A stretch of 64,000 bases of DNA from Octopus sinensis (lineage: Eukaryota): NCBI RefSeq assembly GCF_006345805.1, contig NC_043007.1:34038001-34102000 (forward strand). Reading direction: 5' to 3'. Both the position numbers and the translations under genes were made by a program. Of this stretch, positions 52,528 to 64,000 are shown piece by piece. The notes under the pieces are model-generated. The model worked only from the letters and a program-made list of their open reading frames with translations. It ran no database searches and was not told the DNA's origin. The first letter of the stretch is position 1; every line of letters starts with the position of its first letter.

Positions 52528-52697
52528 GATACAGATAAGGAAATAATTTTATTCTCAAACGCAGGATAATGATAATAATATAGCGCTAACAGGATAAATT
52601 ATCCATATTCTGCAAAATATGGATAGTTAATCCTGTTCATGCTATATTTTTATCATTATCCTGCGTTTGAGAATAAAATTATTTCCTTATCCGTATC
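52528..52697. repeat. ~170-bp imperfect palindrome between (TA)n and (CA)n
   Basis: GATACAGATAAGGAAATAATTTTATTCTCAAACGCAGGATAATGATAA is mirrored on the right arm; centre ATCCATATT-CTGCAA-AATATGGAT. Confidence 0.85.
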
Positions 52698-53043
52698 CAC
52701 ACACACACACACACACACGCATGACGCATGACGCATGACGCATGACGCATGACGCACATGATAATCTTGGAGGGAAAATGCGAATTCACTCGTCTATATG
52801 GATTTGGATGTGCTGACTATCTTCTGTTATTTCCCGATGGCGCTGGATCGGGATGCAAAGGATAGGTTCCTAGCATTCTCAAATTTATAAATTATCGAAT
52901 TATTGTGCTGATGACGGGAATGAATTTGTATAATTCTAACCCAGAAACGCGTCCACAATTAATCGAAGACTGTTTGATTTCGTTATTTTTCTTCTTTTGC
53001 CTATGTGAATTACAAATATTGTTATCTGTGGAGTAATATCTGT

Positions 53044-53215
53044 AGGGGATGGTGGCGATCCCTGCTGTACTCTTTCGCCACAACTTTCTCTCACTCTTTC
53101 TTCTGTTGGCCTGCTCGCTTAGCCAGCGGGGTGGCGTCATTTGAAGGCTAAAACAATTGTGACCAGCGATGTGTAGCAACATCTGATGGTCTGGTCGGTC
53201 ACGTGATCACGTGAT
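53044..53215 (+). mobile_element. SINE D-related subfamily with an alternative 3' tail (5'-truncated)
   Basis: Shares GGGGATGGTGGCGATCCCTGCTGTACTCTTTCGCCACAACTTTCTCTCACTCT with D, then diverges. Confidence 0.75.
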
Positions 53216-53221
53216 ATATAT

Positions 53222-53252
<31 letters not shown>

Positions 53253-53751
53253 CACATATATATGTATGTGTATATATACATACATATGTACATACATACA
53301 TACACACAGACAGACATACAGACACACACACATATCGATATATGTTTGTATGCATGTATATGTATGTGTGCGCGTATATGCCTGCGTGTGAATGTATTAG
53401 TTTATTCAATATTAAAAAAATATTTCAATTCGTTTCTACCTGACGTTTTATTTATTACCTTTCCTTAAATTTTTCAATTTCATTCTTTTCTCCATTCATT
53501 CATTCAATGAATGATTGATTTATTCATTCAGTCATTCATTCTTCTTCTAATTTTACAAACACCCCAAAATTCTTATAGCTGAAATAATCAAATTGTTTTT
53601 TTTTTTCTAAATGAATTAGACAAAAAAAAAGGAACTTTAGAAAAACAGACACACGTCGTCATCATCATCATCGTCATGTAATGGAATAAATTCAAGTTAA
53701 AATATACCTGGAGAGAAAATTCTAAATTCAATTAGATGTCGAAAGAAATTG

Positions 53752-53754
<3 letters not shown>

Positions 53755-53809
<55 letters not shown>

Positions 53810-53840
53810 GTTATTATCATTATTATCATCATCATCATCA

Positions 53841-53893
<53 letters not shown>

Positions 53894-53957
53894 GTTATTA
53901 TTATTATCATCATCATTAAATTTATTATTATTATTATTATTATCATCATCATCATTA

Positions 53958-54025
<68 letters not shown>

Positions 54026-54110
54026 TTATTATTATTACTGGTTGCTATTACTGCAGTTGTTATTGTTGTTGTTTTTATTGTTGGTGCTGTTATCGTTATC
54101 ATCGTCATCT
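53755..54110. repeat. (ATT)n/(ATC)n array
   Basis: Directly visible. Confidence 0.95.
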
Positions 54111-54480
54111 TAAATATTTTTTTTTATTTATACATCAGTTTATATTGGCGTTTTACGTATTTCACCTTTATATAACAGTGGATTGTTTTAATCAATATTG
54201 TGTATTGCCTGTGTTCCTGTTGCGTGTAACTTAAGTAATTATTTGTGCGTTTATGGTTATGCATCTAAATTGAAATGCATATCTGTATATGCGTATGTGT
54301 ATTTATCGTTGTACGCCTGCTTTCGTGGGTTTTGTGTATCAACATGCGTGAGTATATGTATATATCTTGTTATATACGTGTACGGACGTTCATGAACATG
54401 AAGACACGTATGTATACGAATACACGCCTAGATATGTCTGTACATGTCCGCATGTGTATACATATATGTGTGTTTCTCAT

Positions 54481-54666
54481 AGGTGCAGGAGTGGCTGTGT
54501 GAGAACTAGCTTGCTTACCAACCACATGGATCCGGGTTCAGTCCCACTGCGTGGCACCTTAGGCAAGTGTCTTCTACTATAGCCTCGTGTTGACCCTGAC
54601 CAAAGCCTAGTGAGTGGATTTGGCAGACGGAAACTGAAAGAAACCCGTCGTATATATGTATGTGTA

Positions 54667-54726
<60 letters not shown>

Positions 54727-54930
54727 TGCGTGTGTGTGTTTGCATGTCTGTGTTTGTTCCCCCCAACATCGCTTGACAACCGATGCTGGTGTGTTTACGT
54801 CCTCGTAACTTAGCAGTTCGGCAAAAGAGACTAGGCTTACTAAGAATACGTCCTGGGTCGATTTGCCCGACTAAAGGCGGTGCTGCAGCATGGCCGCAGT
54901 CAAATGACTGAAACAAGTAAAAGAGTAAGG
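54481..54930 (+). mobile_element. SINE family B
   Basis: Full-length match to other B copies. Confidence 0.9.
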
Positions 54931-55434
54931 GTGTATGAATATATCTCTGTGCAATTTAAATATGTTCTGTCCTGTTTGTGTTTATGTGTATCCGCGTGTC
55001 TCTGTGTACAGCATGTCTGCGCATGCCCCAATTTATCTTTGCGCGCGTGCGCGCGTTTCCACTGAGCGAACGAAATATGATGTCATTGGGAATAACTGTA
55101 GTTTGCTTCAATGTAGTTATTTTTCTCCCCTGTTAAAAAAAGAAAGCGAATATTTCCGAAGGTTGTCAGTGACTCCCAGGAAAACGAAATCAAACGAAAA
55201 GAAAAAGAAAAGAAAACACATAAATGCAAAAAAAAAAAAAATTATACAAACAACAAATCATTTGTTGCAGATGTTCAGTCGAGGTCTGTCCTGGGGTTAA
55301 ATTTGTTGTCCGTTTTCTTTATTTATCATTTCCTGTGTTGTCGCCCAACATCCTCTTCAATTCTGCTTCTATGTTTGATATTTTCCTGTCGACTTGATAT
55401 GAAATATCGATTATGAAATATGTTATTATTGTTA

Positions 55435-55488
<54 letters not shown>

Positions 55489-55983
55489 TATTATTATCAT
55501 TATTATTATTATTATTACCAGCGTCATCGTCATTACATTGATATTGTCTTCTCTCACAGCATTAAGGTCTCATATACTGAATCCATGAAGAGACGCTTTG
55601 AGATTGTCCTCCAATAAGAGGTCATGATAACCACGTCTACTTCAAGAGCACGCAGACGCTATATCGCAACACGTATTAAAGAAATAACCTCGTATATCAT
55701 TTATTTAACCACGAACAATGCACGAATAAATAAAAGAAAGCCTCAGAGCTGCCACGGGTGTTAAAACGTACGACTCATCCCTCGTTGTGACCGTCTCAAA
55801 CTGCATAAGACAACCGTTTATTTCTAAATATCCTCCATTCTATTAAAACAGGAAGTAGTGCTTTACAGCTAATATATAATGGGAAGCTTAAATCCTATTT
55901 TCTTCTGTACAGTAAGTTGTCAATATGAGTACAATCTGCTGGTAGGTAAACCTTTGCCTTCGTAACTCCCACTGTTATTATAT

Positions 55984-56214
55984 AAAGGTTTGGCCAAAAG
56001 TCATCCGACAGTAAATCAAAATTCCATAATACTTGATATTCAGTTTTATATATTCATTTGGATAAATGTGTCGCTCAAGAATGACTTCAGTTTGAACAAT
56101 TTTTCATGATGTTTCATATTTAGATGCTTTTAAATTCATTCAGTTGTTAAACATAATTATATCTTGGAATTAAATGGTTTTGAATTACTGTCAGGTGACT
56201 TTTGGCAAACTCTG
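55984..56214. mobile_element. Tc1/mariner-type MITE
   Basis: About 30-bp imperfect TIRs GGTTTGGCCAAAAGTCATCCGACAGTAA and TTACTGTCAGGTGACTTTTGGCAAACTCTG with TA flanks. Confidence 0.75.
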
Positions 56215-56334
56215 TATGTCCACCTGTGATACAAATATTATGTAACGTTTCAAAGCCAACTCCTGCTTAAAAATAATATCTACCATTTCCCAAATTGAAT
56301 TATAAATGTTTTGACACTTGTTTCGGATTGGAAT

Positions 56335-56772
56335 GGATTGAATTGCCCACGTCCACTGCAGGACAAGGGCCACTGCAAGACAATGGCATCAGCATACTCT
56401 CTCCAGCAAACACAGTCTGATGTGGAGGCCGTGAATTTAATCTTGAGATGATAGTCGTTTGATGAGCTTACTCTTCCATATTGGCTCGTCATGGCTTGGC
56501 AGAGGGACGCAGTTTCCTTTAATACCATTGGCGCATAGGTTCCCCACCTGGACAGGACGCCGGTCATTCGCAGGTGACCTGCAAGATGCAGGAGGAAAGA
56601 GTGAGAGAACGTTGTGGCGAAAGAGTCAGCAGAAGTTCGACATTACCTTCTGTCGGAGCCGCGTGGAGCGTCGGTGTTTTCGCTCATAAACACACACATC
56701 GCCCGGTCTGAGATTCGAACCCGCGATCCCTCCACCGCGAGTCCGCTGCTCTAACCACTAGGCCATGTGCCT
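56335..56772 (-). mobile_element. SINE D-related subfamily with a third 3' tail
   Basis: D-like tRNA head and central domain at 56600-56772, then unrelated tail ending GGCCCTTGTCCTGCAGTGGACG. Confidence 0.75.
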
Positions 56773-57359
56773 CTAAATTCACGAGATTGTCCTTTGCCAA
56801 ACATAAAAGCTGCTTAGGCCACATTTAAAGAGAGGCTATTGAACTAAATTACAAATAATCACCCACCAAGTACATTTCGACGATTATCTAAAATACTTCT
56901 TTCTCCCCTGTCTGTTTCACTTTCAATATTTTCTGAATCGACCGAATCCCTTTATCTGTCCTTGTGTGTCCCCTCTGTGTTTAGCCCATTGTGGGTAGTA
57001 AAGAAATATATAAATACTAACAAATATAATTTGCTTGAACGTTGGATACTGTCTGATGAATTCAATTTCTCTTGGTCAAAGCTACATCCACCAGAGGTGA
57101 ACGAAGAAGCCGCGTCTTCTTTCAGATGTTACCAATATCACAAATAAATAGACAACTGTAAATAGTAATAACACACAATATTGACTCAATAGAAACGGTG
57201 GAGAATTTCTATAGCGTTAAAGGGTGAAATGAATAACAATAAAAATACATTAATAGGCAGCAATAAAGAGAAACAACAAAACTAAAGCGAATAACATACA
57301 GAAACGAATGGGAGATTTTCATGGATTAAACGACGACCGATCGATAGCTAATAATAATG

Positions 57360-57555
57360 ATTTCAAATTTTTGGCACGAGGGCAGCTTATTGGAGGTGAG
57401 GGTGACCACAATGTTCAACTGGTACTTATTTTATCGACCCCGAAAGAATGAAAGGCAAAGTCGACCTCGGCGGAATTCGAACTCGGAACGTAGCGACAAG
57501 AGAAATACTGTTAAGCATTTAATCCAGCGTGCTAACGGTTCTGCCAGCTTGCCGC
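57360..57555 (-). mobile_element. SINE family A variant (single unit plus terminal tail)
   Basis: Head and the GAGGTCGACTTTGCCTTTCAT central motif. Confidence 0.8.
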
Positions 57556-57623
57556 TTCATAGGCAATAATAACAACAACAACAACAACAATAATAATAAT
57601 AATATAATAATAATAATAATGGG

Positions 57624-57954
57624 GAGACCCCCTTCGGTCTTGAATGACCATGGGATTGCACCTAGAAAGTTACCCTCCGAGGCACAAGTCTGGGCAAGAT
57701 TGTTTATGGAAGAAAAGCAGTCACCCATGCATACCAGTTTCTCCTCTCCACACCACCGATGTTATCCAAAGGAAAGGCAAAAACCGATACAGCTTGGCAC
57801 CAGTGACGTCGCAACTCATTTCTACAGCTGAGTGAACTGGAGCAACGTGAAATAAAGTGTCTTGCTCAAGAACACAACACGCAGTCCGGTCCGGGAATCG
57901 AACTCACAACTTCACGATTGTAAGCTCGACGCTCTAAACACTGAGCCATGCGCC
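57624..57954 (-). mobile_element. SINE family C
   Basis: Reverse complement of 1222-1551. Confidence 0.9.
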
Positions 57955-57959
57955 TTCAC

Positions 57960-58067
<108 letters not shown>

Positions 58068-58103
58068 AATAATAATAATAACAATAATAATAATTATAAT
58101 AAC

Positions 58104-58140
<37 letters not shown>

Positions 58141-58141
<1 letters not shown>

Positions 58142-61130
58142 GTAAAGTAGTGTTGAAGATGAATGAGTTGTTAACAAAAATGTATGTAATAATGTGTAAC
58201 AGATCTAGACGGCTTTATTAATTGTGCAGCGACTGTTGCTGCAGTAATTCTTGGGATCATAATCCAAAGAAAAACAAGAGGCAAAGACCCATAGTGGAAA
58301 CCATGACTGGAGGAACACACTGAGCTACTCAACAGATATCTTTGAATGATAAATTCAACTATAGAAAAGACTATGAAGAGAGCAAAACACGTGAATGAAC
58401 AGCAAAAAAAGTACAATACTAGGCACGAAGGATTAGAAGTAAATAAAGAAGAGATAAGACAAAATTTTCAAAGCAGTACCAGATATCAACAGAGAACAAA
58501 CCAACACCAGCAGAACGAATTCTTCATGAAAAACGAAAGTAAATTCTACCAACAACTGGACAATGAATAGGAACATCAGGGAAACGATATTCTTGCTTAG
58601 GTATCAAGAAATTTTGACGAGAACTCAGGAGCAGACTGGTTATGAAAATTTAAAAAGAAATTGGTGATGGAGCGAAAGAAGAAAACATAAGTGCTACGTA
58701 TAAGAAAGAGAAAGAAATGATTAAGAAAATACCAAATTGGGAAGCTATCGGACCAGATAGTGTTCGGACATTCTGGTTCTACCAAATATACCATATGGAA
58801 GCACTCCGTCGGTTACGACGACGAGGGTTCCGGTTGATCCGAATCAACGGAACGGCCAGCTCGTGAAATTAACGTGTAAGTGGCTGAGCATCCACAGACA
58901 CGTGTACCCTTAACGTAGTTCTCGAGGATATTCAGTGTGACACAGAGAGTGACAAGGCCGGCCCTTTGAAATACAGGTACAACAGAAACAGGAAGAAAGA
59001 GTGAGAGAAAGTTGTGGTGAAAGAGTACAGCAGGGATCACCACCATCCCCTGCCGGAGCCTCGTGGAGCTTTAGGTGTTTTCGCTCAATAAACACTCACA
59101 ACGCCCGGTCTGGAAATCGAAACCGCGATCCTATGACCGCGAGTCCGCTGCCCTAACCACTGGGCCATCGCGCCTCCACACAGTCATAAACAACCGTTTT
59201 TCATTGATTGTATAGAAAATGGCACACCAAAATGGATGACAAATGAAGGACAGTACAGAAATAGTCATACAATAAAATGAAAGGGGAAGTCTGTTATTAT
59301 AGTCAGTAATGTTCACCATTACTCTGAAAATTATTAACTGGCCTCGTAGCAGATGAAATTTATAACTGTTTGAAGAAGGAGAATTTATTGTCAGGTGAGC
59401 AAAAGAAGTCAACAGGAAATACTGATCTGCTGTATATTAATAGTAGTATACTAAATGAGATAGGAGCATTTAGCTGTTGCGTAGACAGATTATAAGAAGC
59501 TTACGAAAATGTTCAACCGAAGTGCCTGAGAGCTCACGGAGTTAACGAGAAGAAAAATGGCTTTTTGGAAAAAGCAATAAAAAGCAGAACATGTGCAAAT
59601 GAATAATTAGGAATATTCCATGGAGACTCGCTCTCTCTCCATTACACATCGTCATTATATTAATGTCTCTGACAAGAGTATTGAGAAAATCCAGGCCTGC
59701 CTATGAATTTATCAAAACCAAGGTGAAAATAGATCACTACTTTATATGAATGAACTCAAATAATATACAGAAAGTGTAAAAGACCTGGATTCTCTAACTA
59801 AAGTAGTAAGTGTATTCAAGGTGCGTAGAGTTAACTATAAAGGGAAACCAGATGATATGTTCTGATGGTATAAAATTACCACAAGACAATATCATGTGAT
59901 CGATGTGGAGTAATGAGGTATAAAGATACATAGGAATCATGCAAGACGATAGGATAATGGAAGGGGAAATGAGAAAGAAAATATCCAATGTGTACAAGAG
60001 AAAAATTATGAAGGTATTCGAATCGAAATTAATGGAAGGAATATCATTAAATCAATAAATGCATGGGCTATGCTGTTATTAAGATAAACGGTTCCCTTTC
60101 TAAAATGGAAGAAGATCGAGCTGCGAAAGTAAGAGAATCTGGAATGCTACTCACAAGGCACAACGCCTACCACCCTAAAAGTAATATTAATATACCCTAT
60201 CTGTCAAGAAAGGAAAGAAACAGAAGATTAACTAACACAGAAGGCACCGTTAGTACTGCGATATTGGGGATATTGGGATGGCAAAATTATGTTTTACGTA
60301 GAGAAGAAAGACTGCTATCGGTCGCTAGAGATGCCCCAAAAGTTACTGAAACTGAAGGAAACTTCAAGAACAGAAGGACGAACAACACTCTTACAGATGG
60401 GAAGAAATAGAATTACATGTATAATTCATGCAACAAACCGAGGATGCTAAAGTAAAGAACACAAATTATTGCTGAGGGACATCTGAAACGAGAGACTGAA
60501 AAATTAATTATTATTGCTCAGGATCTAGCCATTAGGACGAATCTGATAAAAACAAAGATCTACAAAACTCAGTAAGACAGCAAATACAGAATCTGCAGGT
60601 AAGAATACGAAAGTGTTAACCATCACTTGAATGAGTGCAGTAAGTTCACACAAAAGGAGTATAAGCGCTGGCACGATTATATTGATAGAAGAGTGCTATG
60701 TGATGTTAGACGAGTCTGCGTCTTCGAAATAACAGAAATGTGGTATGAACACGAACCAGAGGCTGAATAAAAATTATTGGATTTCATGGGACTTCCCCAG
60801 AAAGACTGGTCACACTGTTGAAACAAAAACACAAGATGTGATTATAAAGAAGAAAAAAATATAAGATCTTCAAATCTGTAATACCATATGATGAAATAGC
60901 AGAAACAAAAGCAATGGAAAATATTGAGAAACAGCCAGAGAAATGAAGAGATTGTGGTAGACAAAAACAACAGTTATTCCTGTGCTAATTGGTGCGCTTG
61001 GCACAATGCCCAACCTGATATTTAAGAGCCTATAAAAAAAAAAGAATGTATTGGGATATTATCGGCCTGCAGAAAAGTACAATCCTGTATTCTGCATGTA
61101 GTTTATGGAAGATAATATTCCTGCCTATTA
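58141..61130 (+). mobile_element. Long decayed R4/Dong-clade LINE following a (TAA)/(TGA)n array, interrupted by SINE D
   Basis: Frameshifted PNW.A.GPD, GIFHGDSLS, HPKSNINIPYLSRKE, HLKRETEKLIIIAQD.AIRTN, EYKRWHD, VLIGALG, LQKSTILYSA; followed by (CTA)n/(TAA)n. Confidence 0.88.
58797..59177 (-). mobile_element. SINE family D
   Basis: Full-length match to other D copies. Confidence 0.92.
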
Positions 61131-61151
61131 AATTGGCATGTAATAGCTTTG

Positions 61152-61218
<67 letters not shown>

Positions 61219-61270
61219 GCCGCTGCTGCTAACAGCAACAACATCTACAACAAGAACAAGAACAACAATG

Positions 61271-61368
<98 letters not shown>

Positions 61369-62363
61369 TAATAATAATAATAATAATAATGATAATAATA
61401 ATAATAATAATAAATATTATAATGATTGAAGAAGTGCGGGACTGTGTCCAGTTTATTTTTTCTCCCGCGTTATTAAAACAGTCATATTACTTTGAAAAAA
61501 TTATAAATGAATATTAAAAGAATTTTAAACCGTAAAGTTTATTTGTATATTAAACATAAATTATATTGATTGATATTATAAGATTCGCTCGTGTTTTAAA
61601 TGTCAACTTCCGTTTGAATTCCATATATAAACAAATAGCTTTTTCTTCGTGTTCGTGAAAAATTTCATAGAGCGAAAAATAAACCCAACAAAACGAGTAA
61701 ATTATTTAAAAAAGTATTACGTAGTGTGAAAAACAATGATCCCTATCTAATAGAATTCAATTTTCAAATTAGGCTGCGGTCATGCTGGGGTACCAGCTTG
61801 AGATTATTTAGTCAATAATGTCATCTCCCAACACAATTCTTCGCACATGGTCAGATGTATGTTGCATTATCAAGGTCATCAAGAAAAGAAAGTATAAAAA
61901 CATTAAACGTGATAAATGAAAAGGGTCCATCTGCTGACAGTTGTATCTGCAAAAAAATTATACAGTGATATCAGACATTCACTACTCTCTTTTAATAGAA
62001 CTGTATTTAATTTTCTTATTAATTGCTAGGAAAGGGGCACTAGAAACACTTAAGACGTCTATAAGTGAATAAAATGAAATAACAATATAACAAAACTCAA
62101 CTCTTCATATTGGTAAATGTAATTCGTTAATTCCCACCAGAGCATCTATTTTCAAATTCCCTCAAGTGAAGATTCATGAACGTTTTCCCTTGACAGATTT
62201 ATCTCTTTTCCAATTTTCATTACCGCCATTTTTAAATGTATCATGGATTATTTTACTGATTACAGAATAAACTATAACAGAATCTTTGTTCAATTCATGA
62301 GTATATTGTCACAGTTCACTCTATAACTTATGTATCGTCTCTCTCTCTCTCCTTTGTATATAT

Positions 62364-62429
<66 letters not shown>

Positions 62430-62534
62430 ACATATATATATATACATATATATATATACTATATATATATACACATATATATACATATATATATACATAT
62501 ATATATACATATATATATAACATATATATATTAT

Positions 62535-62905
62535 ATAATTTCAACAATTGAGGGCAAATTAATTAATATTAATCAATTCACCAAGTGTTCAGTATGCAAA
62601 GGGACCATTCAAGGCGAATTCAAATTATTACATATATATTTCCAAATCCAAACCAAGGAATTCTGAGCCGATGATAGAAATGTTGTTTTGACTAATCTTA
62701 AACGTACGTTCTCGAATAACCTTAGCATTGATTTTTCGATGTCCTTCCCCAAACTTTTGTGAGTTGAATTAAGCAAACACTATATATGAGAGAGATTTTC
62801 TTTAAGTATTAGAAATAGCTTTAAAAAAGTTTTTTAGCTGCTATTTCTAATGAGTTCAGTATGCGGCGAAGTAATTTATTTTACTAAGCCCTTTATATAA
62901 TATTA
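62535..62905. mobile_element. F3-family mini-element with fossil hammerhead, in (TA)n
   Basis: Shares both end segments with 40405-40680; CCGATGA (62668-62674)...TAAACGTACGTT-CTC. Confidence 0.75.
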
Positions 62906-63020
62906 TAATATATATATATAATATATATATATACATATATCTACATATATATTATATAATATATATATATATATTAGATATATATAATATAATATATATA
63001 TACATATACATATATATATA

Positions 63021-63053
<33 letters not shown>

Positions 63054-63190
63054 ATATCAGTATGGGCAACACATATGCCAGTAGAAACCGCCGGATTGCG
63101 GCTTTCTGCTTGTAATACTACTACTACTACTACTATACTACTACTACACTACTACTACTACTACTCATAATAATAATAATAATAATAATA

Positions 63191-63525
63191 ATTGCTTATC
63201 TTAACCTCGTATGGAAAGTGTTAACAGGCATTCTCGCAGGGGAAAAAATACGTTCCTTGCGCAAAAAATTTATTTCCAGTAGAAGAAAACGGATGCCGAA
63301 AAGGATCCAAGAACACCAAGCACCACCTTCTGATAGATAAGGTTGTACTGAAGAACAGCAAACGGTACAAAAAATTTGTGCATGGCCTGCATAGACTTTA
63401 AAAGTGCTTACAACATGTTACCGCATTCTTGGATTTTGGAAACACTCGATATGTGTGGAATAACTGAGAACGGATGTGCACTAATTAAGAATAGCACGCC
63501 TGGTAGGAAAACAGGTTCTTCTTTA
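63191..63525 (+). mobile_element. R4/Dong-like RT fragment directly after (TAA)n
   Basis: WKVLTGIL, EENGCRKGSKNTKHHLLIDK, MACIDFKSAYNMLPHSWILE. Confidence 0.85.
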
Positions 63526-64000
63526 ACAACCAGTAATTATCCAGGGGTAACAATCAAAAATTTGTTCAGTTCATGAGTATATTGTGTCAGTTCACTCTAT
63601 AATTTATGTATCATCTCTTTCGCTCAAATAACGTAAAAAAAAGCAAAGCAGCCAATGCAGAAATACATGCAGCCACATACGAAATCAATTCAACAAAGAT
63701 TATTAAGAGAAAATAATAAAAATTTCCAGAAAAGGATCTTAAATCCTTCACACTAATCTGTCATCTTAATATAAAGTAAAACTCTTCTTCACCTTTGCTA
63801 TTTGTTATATTCTTGAGTAAAATAAAGTAAGTCTCTTGCTATACTGAGTTTTGCTTCGATTGGGACTAACCCCCAGTTAAACCGCAACGTAAACATTGTA
63901 TATTACACAGAACGGCCAGACAGTCTTTTCCTGAGTAACTTGCTGATTTCAAAGAGTTTTGATTTTTAAGATTATGAATCTTCTTATTCGGAGTTAATCC

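Overview
Repeat-dense, AT-rich animal genomic DNA, most likely from an octopus (inferred from the SINE families and the abundant TA/ATT/GATA/ATAC microsatellites). There is one 100-N gap (8588-8687). No intact host protein-coding gene is evident. Most ORFs in the track are microsatellite or SINE translations, or decayed transposon frames. The window holds four tRNA-derived SINE families (labelled A-D here, many with clear TSDs); decayed LINEs (four R4/Dong-like RLE elements, RTE, CR1-like, Tx1-like); Tc1/mariner remnants; MITEs; and a non-autonomous Helitron. The most interesting signal is a set of small elements embedded in (TA)n tracts, from several unrelated sequence families, arranged as foldback palindromes or a partial tandem. 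They carry minimal type I hammerhead ribozyme motifs: four look structurally intact (5146-5189 minus, 5239-5283, 17237-17300, 48915-49018) and several are fossilised. This matches Penelope-like pseudo-LTR or non-LTR retrozyme biology. Other candidates are SINE-A multimers retrotransposed as one unit, a decayed 7TM/GPCR-like frame (44337-44921 minus) and an isolated CpG island near 50.1-50.3 kb. All calls come from reading the sequence by eye; no database search or folding program was run.
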